Positions 46,176 through 56,124 of a stretch of 64,000 nt of DNA are shown here, in pieces. Below the pieces are notes generated by a model. The model saw nothing but the letters and a program-made list of their open reading frames with translations, ran no database searches and was not told the DNA's origin. The stretch comes from an uncultured Pseudomonadales bacterium (lineage in GTDB: Bacteria > Patescibacteriota > Microgenomatia > UBA1400 > PJMF01): positions 136,863-200,862 of the forward strand of contig CAZEEV010000002.1 in NCBI GenBank assembly GCA_964511345.1, given 5' to 3'. The position numbers and the translations under genes are program-made. How positions within the stretch are numbered: position 1 is the stretch's first letter; every line of letters begins with the position of its first letter.

Positions 46176-46448
46176 TTGAAAATTTCTTCCTCTGCACATT
46201 TTTTTCTTCGTATGGTAAAATCACCCTCTGTTATGAAAATCAATTTACATAAATATGCTTTAGTCGCTGGTTATGGCCATAATGTTTCTCATGCCAAAAA
46301 CCGCACCAGAAGAGCTTTTAAATACAATTTACACACCGCTACCGTCATGATTGATGGTTTGAAGAAAAAAGTCAGAGTTCCTACCAGAGTTTTGAGACAG
46401 CTCAAAAAACTAGGTTTGACCAATCACTATAAAAAACCTCTTAACTAA
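46176..46448 (+). CDS. rpmB: 50S ribosomal protein L28; the conserved core starts at Met 46233.
   Basis: ALVAGYGHNVSHAKNRTRRAFKYNLH aligns with the L28 ...[21 protein letters not shown] segment. Confidence 0.7.
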   Translation: MKISSSAHFFLRMVKSPSVMKINLHKYALVAGYGHNVSHAKNRTRRAFKYNLHTATVMIDGLKKKVRVPTRVLRQLKKLGLTNHYKKPLN

Positions 46449-46464
46449 AATTGATTTTTTAGGT

Positions 46465-47451
46465 TCAAATTAGTGAATTTTTACACTCGTTAAATAAGCA
46501 GGGAGTTTTACCTTCGATTTGGACCTGATCCAGAATTAATTGATTTCCATTTGCGTGACATGAAAAAATCTTCATTCTTTTTTCGCCATGATTGGTTTTG
46601 ACTGTAGTCCACAAACTAGGCCAAGGATAAAAAGCTCGACTGGCATTTATTACTAGTTTAATTTGGTCAGCCTTGTCTTTACAAATTTCATTGTCAACTA
46701 ATAAATCACTCAATAATTGATTGTTATCTCTTAACGAATGTAGTTTTTCTAAATTAGAATTCATTAGCTTTTGCAAATCTGCCCAGGCGATAAAGCTGTC
46801 TTCTTTATCTAGTCTACGAGCAGTCATACTTGAACTTTCGAGGGGTTGATTTTGAATGATAATTTTTCCTTGAGCCAAATCATCAATTAAATCACCTAAT
46901 TTTGTTGCTATCAGGGTAAAAGCTTGCTCATAATATTCATTCTGTGTCCAATTTTCCTCAATTTTGAAAGGTAATTGAGTGATAATTGGTCCTTGGTCTA
47001 AACCTTCATTCATGACCATTAAAGTTACTGCAGATTGATCGTTTTCTTGACCCAGATTTTTAAATAAAAGACAAAATTGTCCAGGAGAACTACCTCGCCA
47101 CTTTGGTAAAAGTGACGGATGAATATTAAGTGGTGCAATTTTAGGTAATTGCAGCAACCAAGTTGGAATCAAATAACCAAAATCCACCACCAAGAGAAAA
47201 TCGATTTTTTCGGTAACAAGAAGTTGTTTTTGTAAATTTTCATCGATTTTTTTCTCGACAGAAAAATTCGCAATTTGCTTTTTTTCTGCCCAAATTTGCA
47301 GAGGATTTTTAGTTAGAATTTGCTGACGACCAATGAGTTTAGGAGTGGGTGAGATGGCGTATGAAATTTCAAAACGATCATCAGCCTGCAAAGCTTCTGC
47401 CATCATTACTGTGTATTTACTGGAACCAGCTAAGACAATTTTATATTGCAT
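46465..47451 (-). CDS. fmt: Methionyl-tRNA formyltransferase
   Basis: LNIHPSLLPKWRGSSP, the formyltransferase active-site motif. Confidence 0.85.
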   Translation of the reverse strand: MQYKIVLAGSSKYTVMMAEALQADDRFEISYAISPTPKLIGRQQILTKNPLQIWAEKKQIANFSVEKKIDENLQKQLLVTEKIDFLLVVDFGYLIPTWLLQLPKIAPLNIHPSLLPKWRGSSPGQFCLLFKNLGQENDQSAVTLMVMNEGLDQGPIITQLPFKIEENWTQNEYYEQAFTLIATKLGDLIDDLAQGKIIIQNQPLESSSMTARRLDKEDSFIAWADLQKLMNSNLEKLHSLRDNNQLLSDLLVDNEICKDKADQIKLVINASRAFYPWPSLWTTVKTNHGEKRMKIFSCHANGNQLILDQVQIEGKTPCLFNECKNSLI

Positions 47452-48047
47452 TATAGTAATGAAAGAATTTCTTTCTTATTTTCAACTTCCACCCATTTTC
47501 CATCTTCTTCAAGATAAACTGGTAAATTATTTTCCAAAAGATAATCAGTGAAAAGAATGCCTTGCAAATGGTCGTATTCATGCTGAATTACTCGCGCATC
47601 AAAATCACTAAAACGCAGTTTTTTATTTTTTAAAGTAGTTTTTTTCTCAAATAACTCATGATAAAAAATACTTTGGTATTGAACTTCTATCCACTCATGG
47701 CGAGGCACTGGACCGTAAAGTAGAGGAATAGACAAACAGCCTTCAAATCTTTCTTCACCATTTGCTAAGCCTTTAATTTTTTTCTTACTGGTTCTAGTGA
47801 TGACGGGATTGATAAAAAATTCAATCTTGGGTTTTTGACTAGCTTGGTTTTCTGTTCCCAAAATAGCAGCAAAAACTTGCAGAGACTTATTTACCTGAGG
47901 AGCGGCTAAACCAACACCACTAGGTTGCTCTTTCTCTACCAGAGTTTTAGCTAGTTGTTCTAAAAAACCAAAAAATTTTTTGTCAAAAACGCTAACTGTT
48001 TTAGCTTTTTGACGCAAAGTTTGGTGTGGGGCGGTAATAATTTTCAT
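47451..48047 (-). CDS. def: Peptide deformylase
   Basis: GVGLAAPQV, EGCLSIP and QHEYDHLQG, the three PDF motifs. Confidence 0.9.
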   Translation of the reverse strand: MKIITAPHQTLRQKAKTVSVFDKKFFGFLEQLAKTLVEKEQPSGVGLAAPQVNKSLQVFAAILGTENQASQKPKIEFFINPVITRTSKKKIKGLANGEERFEGCLSIPLLYGPVPRHEWIEVQYQSIFYHELFEKKTTLKNKKLRFSDFDARVIQHEYDHLQGILFTDYLLENNLPVYLEEDGKWVEVENKKEILSLL

Positions 48048-48102
48048 TTTCTTGAGCTATTATACAATAATTAGCTCATTTAATGGATGCTTAAAGCAAT
48101 TT

Positions 48103-50226
48103 TCACTTGACTTTAGCGCTGATGCTAGCTTCCACAATCTTGAGTTTCTCCTGAATTAATTCATCATTAGGAGCAATATTTCGCAAACTATAGATATACT
48201 GTTCCTTAGCTTTTTGCAGATCACCTCTTGTGAAATACATGCGAGCTAGTTCATTGCGTGCTTGGAGATAATTTTCTTTGATGAAGGCGGCATATTCCAT
48301 ATTACTCAAAGCCTCATCATTTTGATCAGTCGTTTCTAGAACGAGAGCCAAATTATAATAAAGCTTGGCATCGGTAGGAGCTAAACTAATTGCCTTGCGC
48401 AGAGCTTGTTCGGCATAAGAATAAAGTCTACTGTCAAGTTGTCCGAGACGAATATAAATTCTGGCCTGACTTTTATAGAAATTGAGGTGAACTGGATTTA
48501 ATTGTAAGGCATATTGATTACTTTCAATGGCTTTTTGTGCGAGTAGAGCGCTATTTGTACTTTGCTGATTTTTAGCAAACAGAATGCTTAAAGCTGCGTA
48601 ATCTTCAGCCAAACTATCATAAAAAAGCGCTTCTTGGGGAGATTTTATAATAGCTTTTTGGATCATCATTAAACCACTCTGCTGATTACCGCTTTCGAAG
48701 GCATTTTGGCCTTTGGTAAACAAATAATCTGCTTGCCAAATGAGTCGAACTTTATTTATTGCAATGCAAGTTAACGCAATCACAATCGAACATAAAAAAT
48801 AATCTTTTTTTGTTAAATAAATTGATCTGTCGTTATTAATGATAGGTACTATTTTTGGTTTATTATTCAGATCCAAATGTAAGAACAATATGGCGAAGAA
48901 GCCAAATAAAATCAAATTAGTAGTGACCGTAGAAAAACCAAAAAAGTTTGAAATAAACATTGCTAGAATCCCAGCTAGAATAGCTAAGATTTCATCGCGA
49001 TTTTTCTGCTTGCTTAAATTTTTAATTCCCAAATAAAAACTAGCCGAAAAGAGACTTAGATAACTTAATAAACCCGCTAAACCTGAATTAGCCAAAAAAT
49101 TAAGCAGCTCGTTATGAGCTTTGTTGTAAAGAAAGTCCCATTCAGAAACCAGATTGTGAGCAATGGGACGATCTAAGTAATAACTATAGGCAAAAGTTTC
49201 GACGCCGGAACCAAAAATGGGATATCTTTGCCAAACTTTAATCGCGCCTTGCCACACAATTTTTCTAATTTCTTCTGATGGCGTACCACCTTCACTTACT
49301 TCTTGCGTCGCTGTTTCTGCAATTGTTGTTCCTTGTTTGAGAAAATCACCCAATTTTGGGGTAAAAGGTGTACCTAGAAATAAGACTAGGATAAGCATTA
49401 TCGCTCCGACGCCACTTAATTTCCAAAAACTAAGTAAACGTTGTTTTTGATCTATGATTATTTTAATCATTGCATAAAAAATTAGCCCAATAGCCAATCC
49501 AACTAATCCAGATCTGGATTTAGTGAAAAGCAAAGTAGCTAAACTGGCTAATAAAATTAGTAACAAATACAAGCGACTTGTAAGTTTTTTACTTTTGAGT
49601 AATTGACTGAGATTGAAAGGAATTACGCTAATCAAAAAAGCTGCTAGCCAATTTGGCTGACCAAAGGTGGCAAAGACGCGGTAGCGAGGGTTATTGGTTT
49701 CTGACCAACAATCAGTATCAAATTTTTGAGTAATGAGCCAGCAACTAGGGGAGTGACTAAAATGTTCTGGAATAGCATACAAACTAATTAAAAGAGTGGA
49801 GAGTAATAGACTACTATAGATTGCTTTAAGTTGAGTCTTTTGAATATTAGCAATGAAAGCATAAAAAATAAGTATATAAGTGATAGTTGACAACAAACCG
49901 CCGTTAAAACGAGTGTAATAACCAAACCAAGATGTACGAGTGTGTATAGAAAAGACAGTCGAAATAATTTGCGAAATTAAAAATGCCAGCAAAAAATAAT
50001 CTAGCCCACTTCTTTTAAAGAGAAATTTGCGTTCAACGACCATTCTAATGAGCCATAGTCCAACTAATAAAGCAGTCATGCCATAAACAAATAGCATTTT
50101 GCTAAACTCAAATAATTCTTGGTTGGCCCAAGTGAAAATGAACGGAGTCAAAAAGAAAAGTAAATTGAAATTAATGAAAATTAATTTTTGTAAAAGATCG
50201 GCTATTTTTTGACGATTAACTTGCAT
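48103..50226 (-). CDS. O-antigen ligase/polymerase-like polytopic membrane protein with a C-terminal TPR repeat domain.
   Basis: About 12 TM helices (Wzy_C-like) followed by TPR-like repeats (…YYNLALVLE…, …ARMYFTRGDLQKAKEQY…). Confidence 0.6.
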   Translation of the reverse strand: MQVNRQKIADLLQKLIFINFNLLFFLTPFIFTWANQELFEFSKMLFVYGMTALLVGLWLIRMVVERKFLFKRSGLDYFLLAFLISQIISTVFSIHTRTSWFGYYTRFNGGLLSTITYILIFYAFIANIQKTQLKAIYSSLLLSTLLISLYAIPEHFSHSPSCWLITQKFDTDCWSETNNPRYRVFATFGQPNWLAAFLISVIPFNLSQLLKSKKLTSRLYLLLILLASLATLLFTKSRSGLVGLAIGLIFYAMIKIIIDQKQRLLSFWKLSGVGAIMLILVLFLGTPFTPKLGDFLKQGTTIAETATQEVSEGGTPSEEIRKIVWQGAIKVWQRYPIFGSGVETFAYSYYLDRPIAHNLVSEWDFLYNKAHNELLNFLANSGLAGLLSYLSLFSASFYLGIKNLSKQKNRDEILAILAGILAMFISNFFGFSTVTTNLILFGFFAILFLHLDLNNKPKIVPIINNDRSIYLTKKDYFLCSIVIALTCIAINKVRLIWQADYLFTKGQNAFESGNQQSGLMMIQKAIIKSPQEALFYDSLAEDYAALSILFAKNQQSTNSALLAQKAIESNQYALQLNPVHLNFYKSQARIYIRLGQLDSRLYSYAEQALRKAISLAPTDAKLYYNLALVLETTDQNDEALSNMEYAAFIKENYLQARNELARMYFTRGDLQKAKEQYIYSLRNIAPNDELIQEKLKIVEASISAKVK

Positions 50227-50282
50227 AAGCGAATGTGCTAAATTGAAATTGTACAGTATTTTACAATATATGGAACCTGCCT

Positions 50283-51260
50283 ATGATCCAGATACAAGAC
50301 GATAATTTTAATCAAAGTGCTGCAGCACCCATGCCTGCGGCTCCAGCCCCATCTTCACCGGCATCTACACCTGCATCTGCGCCTGCCATGAAGTCGCCAT
50401 TAAATAATGGAGCGCAAATAGACGAACTTTTAAACGAATTGGATAGATTGTCCAAGGATTTAGAAGAAAAACCCGCTAGGCCTGTTGTTGCCGAGTCTAC
50501 AACTAATTCTCAATCAGAAGATTCTCAACCAGTCACTCAATCAACTCCTCAATCAGATGAGAAATTTGATTTTGATGCTTTTCTGTCTGATTTAGAAAAA
50601 AAGATTGATCAAGAATCCAACAAGGATTCTGGTGAAGTTAAAAGTCAAGAAAAAATCGATTTACCAGATTCCGGTGACCCAGCTCAGATAGATGCTGATT
50701 TGGGTCTTAATTCAGAAACTCCCGATTTTAGAAAAAATCGTGTTGTTGCCGATCATCAAACTCAGGATGACAAGCCAGATGAAAAGATTAAAGAGCCAGA
50801 AGTTTCATCAGTACCTGATTTGGGAGCTAACCCAGAAGAACTCAAAGCTCAAAATATTTTTGAAATGTTGGGTTTAGCTAATATTTCAGATGAAGAAAAA
50901 AATCAATTTCTAGATGATCTTGAATCAATGATTTGGGATGATTTTGTAACACATGATTTAGAATTATTACTTACCAGCGAGGAGTATGCTGGAGCACGTC
51001 AAATTTTAGATGATCAGTCTAAAGAAGAAGCTCAACGGAAAGAAGATTTAATTGCTTATTTAGAAAAGCTGGTTCCAGACTTAGACGAGGTCTTATATGA
51101 CAAAGCTTTGGAGCTTAAATCTGAGATGATGGGGGAACGTTTGGCTAAAATGAAGGAAGCAGCTGATGAAGCGGTTTTAGCTAGCATTAAAGAAGCAGAG
51201 AGTTTAATCAGTCAGAATCGTTGGAAATCAGCAGTCTCATTGCTCAATACAGTGACTTAA
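50283..51260 (+). CDS. Acidic low-complexity hypothetical protein
   Basis: 325 aa. Pro/Ala/Ser-rich N-terminus and an Asp/Glu-rich body. Confidence 0.45.
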   Translation: MIQIQDDNFNQSAAAPMPAAPAPSSPASTPASAPAMKSPLNNGAQIDELLNELDRLSKDLEEKPARPVVAESTTNSQSEDSQPVTQSTPQSDEKFDFDAFLSDLEKKIDQESNKDSGEVKSQEKIDLPDSGDPAQIDADLGLNSETPDFRKNRVVADHQTQDDKPDEKIKEPEVSSVPDLGANPEELKAQNIFEMLGLANISDEEKNQFLDDLESMIWDDFVTHDLELLLTSEEYAGARQILDDQSKEEAQRKEDLIAYLEKLVPDLDEVLYDKALELKSEMMGERLAKMKEAADEAVLASIKEAESLISQNRWKSAVSLLNTVT

Positions 51261-51278
51261 TGTAGTAAACTATTCTCA

Positions 51279-51947
51279 ATGCAGTCATTCTTTGCGCCAT
51301 CTTGGTTTAGTTTTTTTGACCAAAAACATCTTTTATTACTAGATTTAAATAGTAGTGGTTTATTCTTTTATTTAGCCAAGGATGTTAAAGAGTTAGCAGC
51401 CATTGATTTTGCTAATTTGAGTTTATTAAAACAGTTTTTTACTGATCGAGCTTGTCGAAGTAATTTATTAGCTGACGAAAGATTTGTGCAATCTACTCTC
51501 AGTGCGCAACTCAAAAAATTTGAATTGGATCATTACACTTTAGTTTTTTTGATCTCTCCAGATTCCACTCAATTGGAAAAAAAGACCTTGCGCTCGCTCG
51601 CACCTTTTTTAGCAAAGAACACCGTAGTTGATCGCCATTTTTTTTATAACTTTTATTTAATGCAAAAACGCAATTTTTCTCCAATTAAATTTTTAATCAA
51701 TCTCTTTAGCGATTGCGCCGAGCTAAGCTTATTTGATCGGGACAAATTACTCAGTTATCAAACTGTCGAATTACGCAACTTAGCTGTAAGAAGCAAAGAC
51801 TTTTTTCAAAGTAATAAAAATAAATTTGCTTTCCCTCAACCAGATTGTTTTTATCTGTTTACTAATAATCTCAACACTAAGGTAAAAGCTGTGGACTTAG
51901 CTAAATACTTGAAGCTAGAGGCAATCGAAATAGAAAGCTTATGTTAA
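51279..51947 (+). CDS. Hypothetical protein upstream of mreC
   Basis: 222 aa. A weak resemblance to the PilM/FtsA N-terminal segment (LLLLDLNSSGLFFYLA) is not a confident match. Confidence 0.4.
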   Translation: MQSFFAPSWFSFFDQKHLLLLDLNSSGLFFYLAKDVKELAAIDFANLSLLKQFFTDRACRSNLLADERFVQSTLSAQLKKFELDHYTLVFLISPDSTQLEKKTLRSLAPFLAKNTVVDRHFFYNFYLMQKRNFSPIKFLINLFSDCAELSLFDRDKLLSYQTVELRNLAVRSKDFFQSNKNKFAFPQPDCFYLFTNNLNTKVKAVDLAKYLKLEAIEIESLC

Positions 51948-52702
51948 ACGTCAAATATCGAGTTTATTTGCTGACTTTTTTAAGTATTTTTATCCTATTT
52001 TTTTTGCAGTTTCTAAATCTTTTGAATTTAAGCAAGCCAATTAGTTTGGCTAATACTTGGAAAAGGCAAAATTTTCAGATATTACAAAAAATCGCCATGC
52101 CTTTGGAGAAAATAGCTTCGTTGTGGAAACTAACTTCTAGATTGGAAGATTTGCAATATCGCTACAGTGAGGTAGCGGCAGAATTAATTAGAATTAAAGC
52201 TTTGGAGCAAGAAAACCAGGAACTACGTAAACTTTTGGAAAATAGTGATCGTTCTTATCAGCAAGTCATTATTACTGCGCCGGTCGTTTCTTTTGCGCAG
52301 AGTTTTATTGCCGTTGGTCAACAGTCTGGTGTTAAATCTGGTTCGGCAGTTTTATACAAAAACACTTTATTAGGCTTAGTTGATCAAGTGGAAGAGAAAC
52401 AATCTAGTGTTTTATTATTATCCAAATTGAATGATACCTATATTCTAGCTGAAACAGAAAAAGGCGTAAAAGGAATTATTAAAGGTAATGGTAGGGAAAT
52501 TTTGTTAGCTGAAATCAGTAATGATCAACAGCTAGAGATAGGTCAATTGGTATTTACTTCTTCGCAATTAGGTGTGGAAAAAGGTCTTTTGATTGGCCGA
52601 ATCGCTCGTGTGATAGATGATAATCAAGCTTTAGCGGTTAAAACCGCAGTAATAGAGCAGCTGGTGAATTTTTATGAAGCCAGTTTGGTGGAGGTTAAAT
52701 AA
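51941..52702 (+). CDS. mreC: Rod shape-determining protein MreC
   Basis: N-terminal TM helix, a coiled coil (ELIRIKALEQENQELRKLLE), and a C-terminal beta domain with the GLLIGRIARV motif. Confidence 0.75.
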   Translation: MLNVKYRVYLLTFLSIFILFFLQFLNLLNLSKPISLANTWKRQNFQILQKIAMPLEKIASLWKLTSRLEDLQYRYSEVAAELIRIKALEQENQELRKLLENSDRSYQQVIITAPVVSFAQSFIAVGQQSGVKSGSAVLYKNTLLGLVDQVEEKQSSVLLLSKLNDTYILAETEKGVKGIIKGNGREILLAEISNDQQLEIGQLVFTSSQLGVEKGLLIGRIARVIDDNQALAVKTAVIEQLVNFYEASLVEVK

Positions 52703-52704
52703 AG

Positions 52705-53091
52705 ATGATTTTAAATAGTGTTTTGTTATTAATTATTTTAAGTATCGAGGCAACCTTCGGTTTGCCAATTTTCTTTATTTATTTATCATATCGCCTTATT
52801 GCTCGACGTCAGGAAAAGATACTTATTCCAGCCTTGTTTGCTATAGCTTTATTTTTAGCCATTTTTTATTCACTTTCCTGGCCATTGTTGACTTTATTGC
52901 TACTCATTTTTCATTCTTCTTGGCAAAAATTTGCCAAAGACAGAATTATTTGGAAATTAATGAGTTTTGGTTTATTAAATTTAGCGATCTTTATATTAGG
53001 CAAATTACAACTCAATTTTTTTTACTTTTTTCATTTACTGATTTTTGGTTTTTATTTTTATAAAGCCAACCTAAAACATTATGCGGTTTAA
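52705..53091 (+). CDS. mreD: Rod shape-determining protein MreD-like small membrane protein
   Basis: 128-aa polytopic membrane protein located between mreC and the PBP2 gene. Confidence 0.5.
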   Translation: MILNSVLLLIILSIEATFGLPIFFIYLSYRLIARRQEKILIPALFAIALFLAIFYSLSWPLLTLLLLIFHSSWQKFAKDRIIWKLMSFGLLNLAIFILGKLQLNFFYFFHLLIFGFYFYKANLKHYAV

Positions 53092-54892
53092 GTTTTTATT
53101 TTTATTTTTTGGTTTATTAGCTGTTTTCAGTTTATTGTTAGTGCGTTTGATTGACGTTGAATTGTTTCAAGGGGAAGATTTTTTTGCCAAAGCGCAAGCT
53201 AATCGATATTTTGTTAAGAAAAATCCTGTTGAGCGTGCTATTTTTTTAGATCGTTATGGTCAGCCATTGGTTAAAAATGAAAAACAGTATTTTAGGTACG
53301 AGCAAAAAGATCAACTCTATTCTGATAAAACCTTTATTTCCAGAGATGAGGCACTGCCACTTTTAGCCAGTGATAGTGCTAGTGTGGGCTATGAATTTAC
53401 GAGAATCTACCCTTACAAAGAAGCGCTTACTTCGGTTTTGGGTTATTTGTCACCAGTGACAGATCAAGATTTACAAAAAAACCCAACTTTGTCGCTGAAT
53501 GCAAGAGTGGGCAATTTGGGATTGGAACAATTTTTTGATAATCACTTACAAAGCGAAGCTTCTTTGGAAAAATATGAAAGAAACGCTTTGGGTCAAAAAC
53601 AGCGTTTAGTGGAGGAAACGCCAGCGATTTATGGGCAAAATATACAAACTTCCTTAGATCCATATCTGGGAGAGGTGGCTTATGAGGCAATGGCTGATAA
53701 AAAAGGAGCTGTGATCGTGATGGACGCTAGTAATGGAGAAGTGTTGGTTTTATTAAGTAGTCCAAGTTTTGATGCCAATGTTTTTGAAGAACATTTCATC
53801 AATAGTCTTTACAAACGCGGTACGCAGGATAGTTTGAGTAAAATCAAAAATTACCTCAACGATGAAAATCAAGTTTTTTTTAATCGCAGCATCAGTGGTG
53901 TTTATCCTCCAGGATCAGTTTTCAAATTAATTACCGCTCTAGCAGCTTTGGAAGAGGGTGTCATTGATCAGAACACGGTTGTCGATGATCAAGGAACCTT
54001 GAAAGTTGGAGAGTATGAATATGCTAACTGGTATTTTACTCAATATGGTCGAGTAGAGGGAGCTATCAGTGTGCAGAGAGCTCTAGCTCGTAGTAATGAC
54101 ATCTTTTTTTATAAGGCAGCAGAATGGCTAGGACCAAGTAAATTAGCTGAATATGCTCGCTTATTTGGTTTAGGTAGTAAAACCGGCTTGCAAAGTACAC
54201 AGGAAATTGCTGGTTTAGTTCCTGACCCCATATGGAAAGAAAGCCAAAAAGGCGAAACTTGGTATTTGGGTAATACCTACCACTTTGGGATTGGCCAAGG
54301 AGATCTTTTGGTAACACCTCTGCAGATTGCCACTATGACTCAGGCAATTGCTAATCACGGGACTTTGTGTCAGAGTTCTTTTTTACCAGCAACTCAACAA
54401 AATTGTCGCGATTTGTCACTGCGTGAAGAAAATTTAAATTTAGTTTTATCTGGTATGCTGGGTGCTTGTAGTCAAGGTGGGACAGCTTATCCACTCTTTC
54501 CCTATAATAGCCGCTTGGCTACTATTTTAGATTCTAATTTGTCAGATAGTGAAAAAATTGATCGAGGAATGATTGCTTGTAAAACCGGTACGGCTGAATT
54601 TGGCGCTGCCGATGAGCGAGGTTATCGTCAAACTCATGCTTGGACGACAGCGATTGTAGGTGTTGATTCAGAAAAATTTTTGATATCCACTGACCAAGAT
54701 CAGATTTTAGAAAATCAAGATCCAAACAACTCTCGCAAAAGTCATTGGTTGGAACTAGTTAAAACTCATGGCTTTCCCAAAAAATTAGTCATTACGGTTT
54801 TAGTAGAAAGCAGTAGTGACAAGATTTATTCAGAGGGTTCACAAGATGCGGCCCCAGTTATTGCTCAGATTTTGCAATGGATGTTTGAGTAA
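53081..54892 (+). CDS. mrdA: Penicillin-binding protein 2 (peptidoglycan D,D-transpeptidase)
   Basis: SVFKLITALAA (SxxK), ARSNDIFFY (SxN) and KTGTAEF (KTG). Confidence 0.85.
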   Translation: MRFKFLFLFFGLLAVFSLLLVRLIDVELFQGEDFFAKAQANRYFVKKNPVERAIFLDRYGQPLVKNEKQYFRYEQKDQLYSDKTFISRDEALPLLASDSASVGYEFTRIYPYKEALTSVLGYLSPVTDQDLQKNPTLSLNARVGNLGLEQFFDNHLQSEASLEKYERNALGQKQRLVEETPAIYGQNIQTSLDPYLGEVAYEAMADKKGAVIVMDASNGEVLVLLSSPSFDANVFEEHFINSLYKRGTQDSLSKIKNYLNDENQVFFNRSISGVYPPGSVFKLITALAALEEGVIDQNTVVDDQGTLKVGEYEYANWYFTQYGRVEGAISVQRALARSNDIFFYKAAEWLGPSKLAEYARLFGLGSKTGLQSTQEIAGLVPDPIWKESQKGETWYLGNTYHFGIGQGDLLVTPLQIATMTQAIANHGTLCQSSFLPATQQNCRDLSLREENLNLVLSGMLGACSQGGTAYPLFPYNSRLATILDSNLSDSEKIDRGMIACKTGTAEFGAADERGYRQTHAWTTAIVGVDSEKFLISTDQDQILENQDPNNSRKSHWLELVKTHGFPKKLVITVLVESSSDKIYSEGSQDAAPVIAQILQWMFE

Positions 54893-54938
54893 TGATCACA
54901 CTTCTTGTAACCTTAATCCCTCATAATTCCTATTTAGA

Positions 54939-56090
54939 GTGTCAAAATCTTCATTAAAACAAAAAGCTTTTCTGGTAGCCCTAGTTTCCTTAGATGGTAT
55001 TGGCTCTAGAACTGTTTTGAAAATTCTCGCTCTTTGTCGTAAGCGACAATTGAGTAGGGCAGAGTTTTGGGCCAATAAACATCACATCTGGCAAGAAATT
55101 GAGTTAAAAGAAAAGACGATAGAATCAATTAAAAAGTTCAAAAAAGAACATAGTTTGTTAGACAATTTAGCACGGCTAGAAGCTTCGGGTGTGCAGGTAG
55201 TTACTTTTGAAGAAAAAGCTTATCCACCACTTTTGGCTACTATTGAAGATTTGCCAGCAGTTTTATTTGTCAAAAGTCGTATTCAAGTAGGAAGTCCTAC
55301 TTGGTATCAAATGCTAGCCCAAACGATTTCTATCGTTGGCACCAGAAGAATGACTAGCTATGGGCAATTAGTGATCAATCGTTTAGTTCCACCTTTAGTT
55401 GATTTGGGTCAAGTAGTTGTGTCTGGTTTTATGTATGGAGTGGATTTAGTGGCAGCACAGACGGCACTTAAACATCAAGGTCGGACCATTGCTGTGTTAG
55501 GTTTTGGTTTTAATCATTGTTTTCCGTCTAGTCAGAAAAATATCATGCAAGAATTTTTAGAACAGGAGGCAATCTTTTTGAGTGAATTTCCGCCAACAAC
55601 TCTTGCTCGAGCTTCTAATTTTGTGACGCGTAATCGCATTGTAGCCGGTCTATCTAAAGCGACTGTGATAATTGAAGCTGCCAAAAGAAGTGGTTCACAT
55701 ATTACTGCTAGTTATGCCAATAATTATGGGCGTTTAGTGATGGCTGTACCTGGTCCGATTACTAATCCTTTTAGTGAAGGAACCAAAGAATTAGTTAATC
55801 AGGGAGCTATTCTAGTTAATAGTGCACAAGATATTTTATTGGAAATTGGTCGGGATTATCATCTTGATTTACTTGATACTAAGTCACTATCATCAGCTAC
55901 CGACGATGTTGCAGGTAATAATGCGAGGAGTTTAATTTTAGAAAACTTGAGTTTTTATCCAGAATCCAGTTTGGAAACTTTACAAAATAGTACCAAAATA
56001 CCCACTGCCGAACTTAATCAGCTCTTATTTGATTTAGAATTACAAGGTAAAATTATCAAAAAATGGGGCAAGTATTGCTTAGTAAGTTAG
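54939..56090 (+). CDS. dprA: DNA processing protein DprA (Smf)
   Basis: IVGTRRMTSYG...VVSGFMYGVDLVAAQTAL...TVIIEAAKRSGSHITA, the Rossmann-like DprA core. Confidence 0.85.
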   Translation: MSKSSLKQKAFLVALVSLDGIGSRTVLKILALCRKRQLSRAEFWANKHHIWQEIELKEKTIESIKKFKKEHSLLDNLARLEASGVQVVTFEEKAYPPLLATIEDLPAVLFVKSRIQVGSPTWYQMLAQTISIVGTRRMTSYGQLVINRLVPPLVDLGQVVVSGFMYGVDLVAAQTALKHQGRTIAVLGFGFNHCFPSSQKNIMQEFLEQEAIFLSEFPPTTLARASNFVTRNRIVAGLSKATVIIEAAKRSGSHITASYANNYGRLVMAVPGPITNPFSEGTKELVNQGAILVNSAQDILLEIGRDYHLDLLDTKSLSSATDDVAGNNARSLILENLSFYPESSLETLQNSTKIPTAELNQLLFDLELQGKIIKKWGKYCLVS

Positions 56091-56124
56091 AATAGCTTTA
56101 AAATGGGCAATTGTTGCATGTTTT

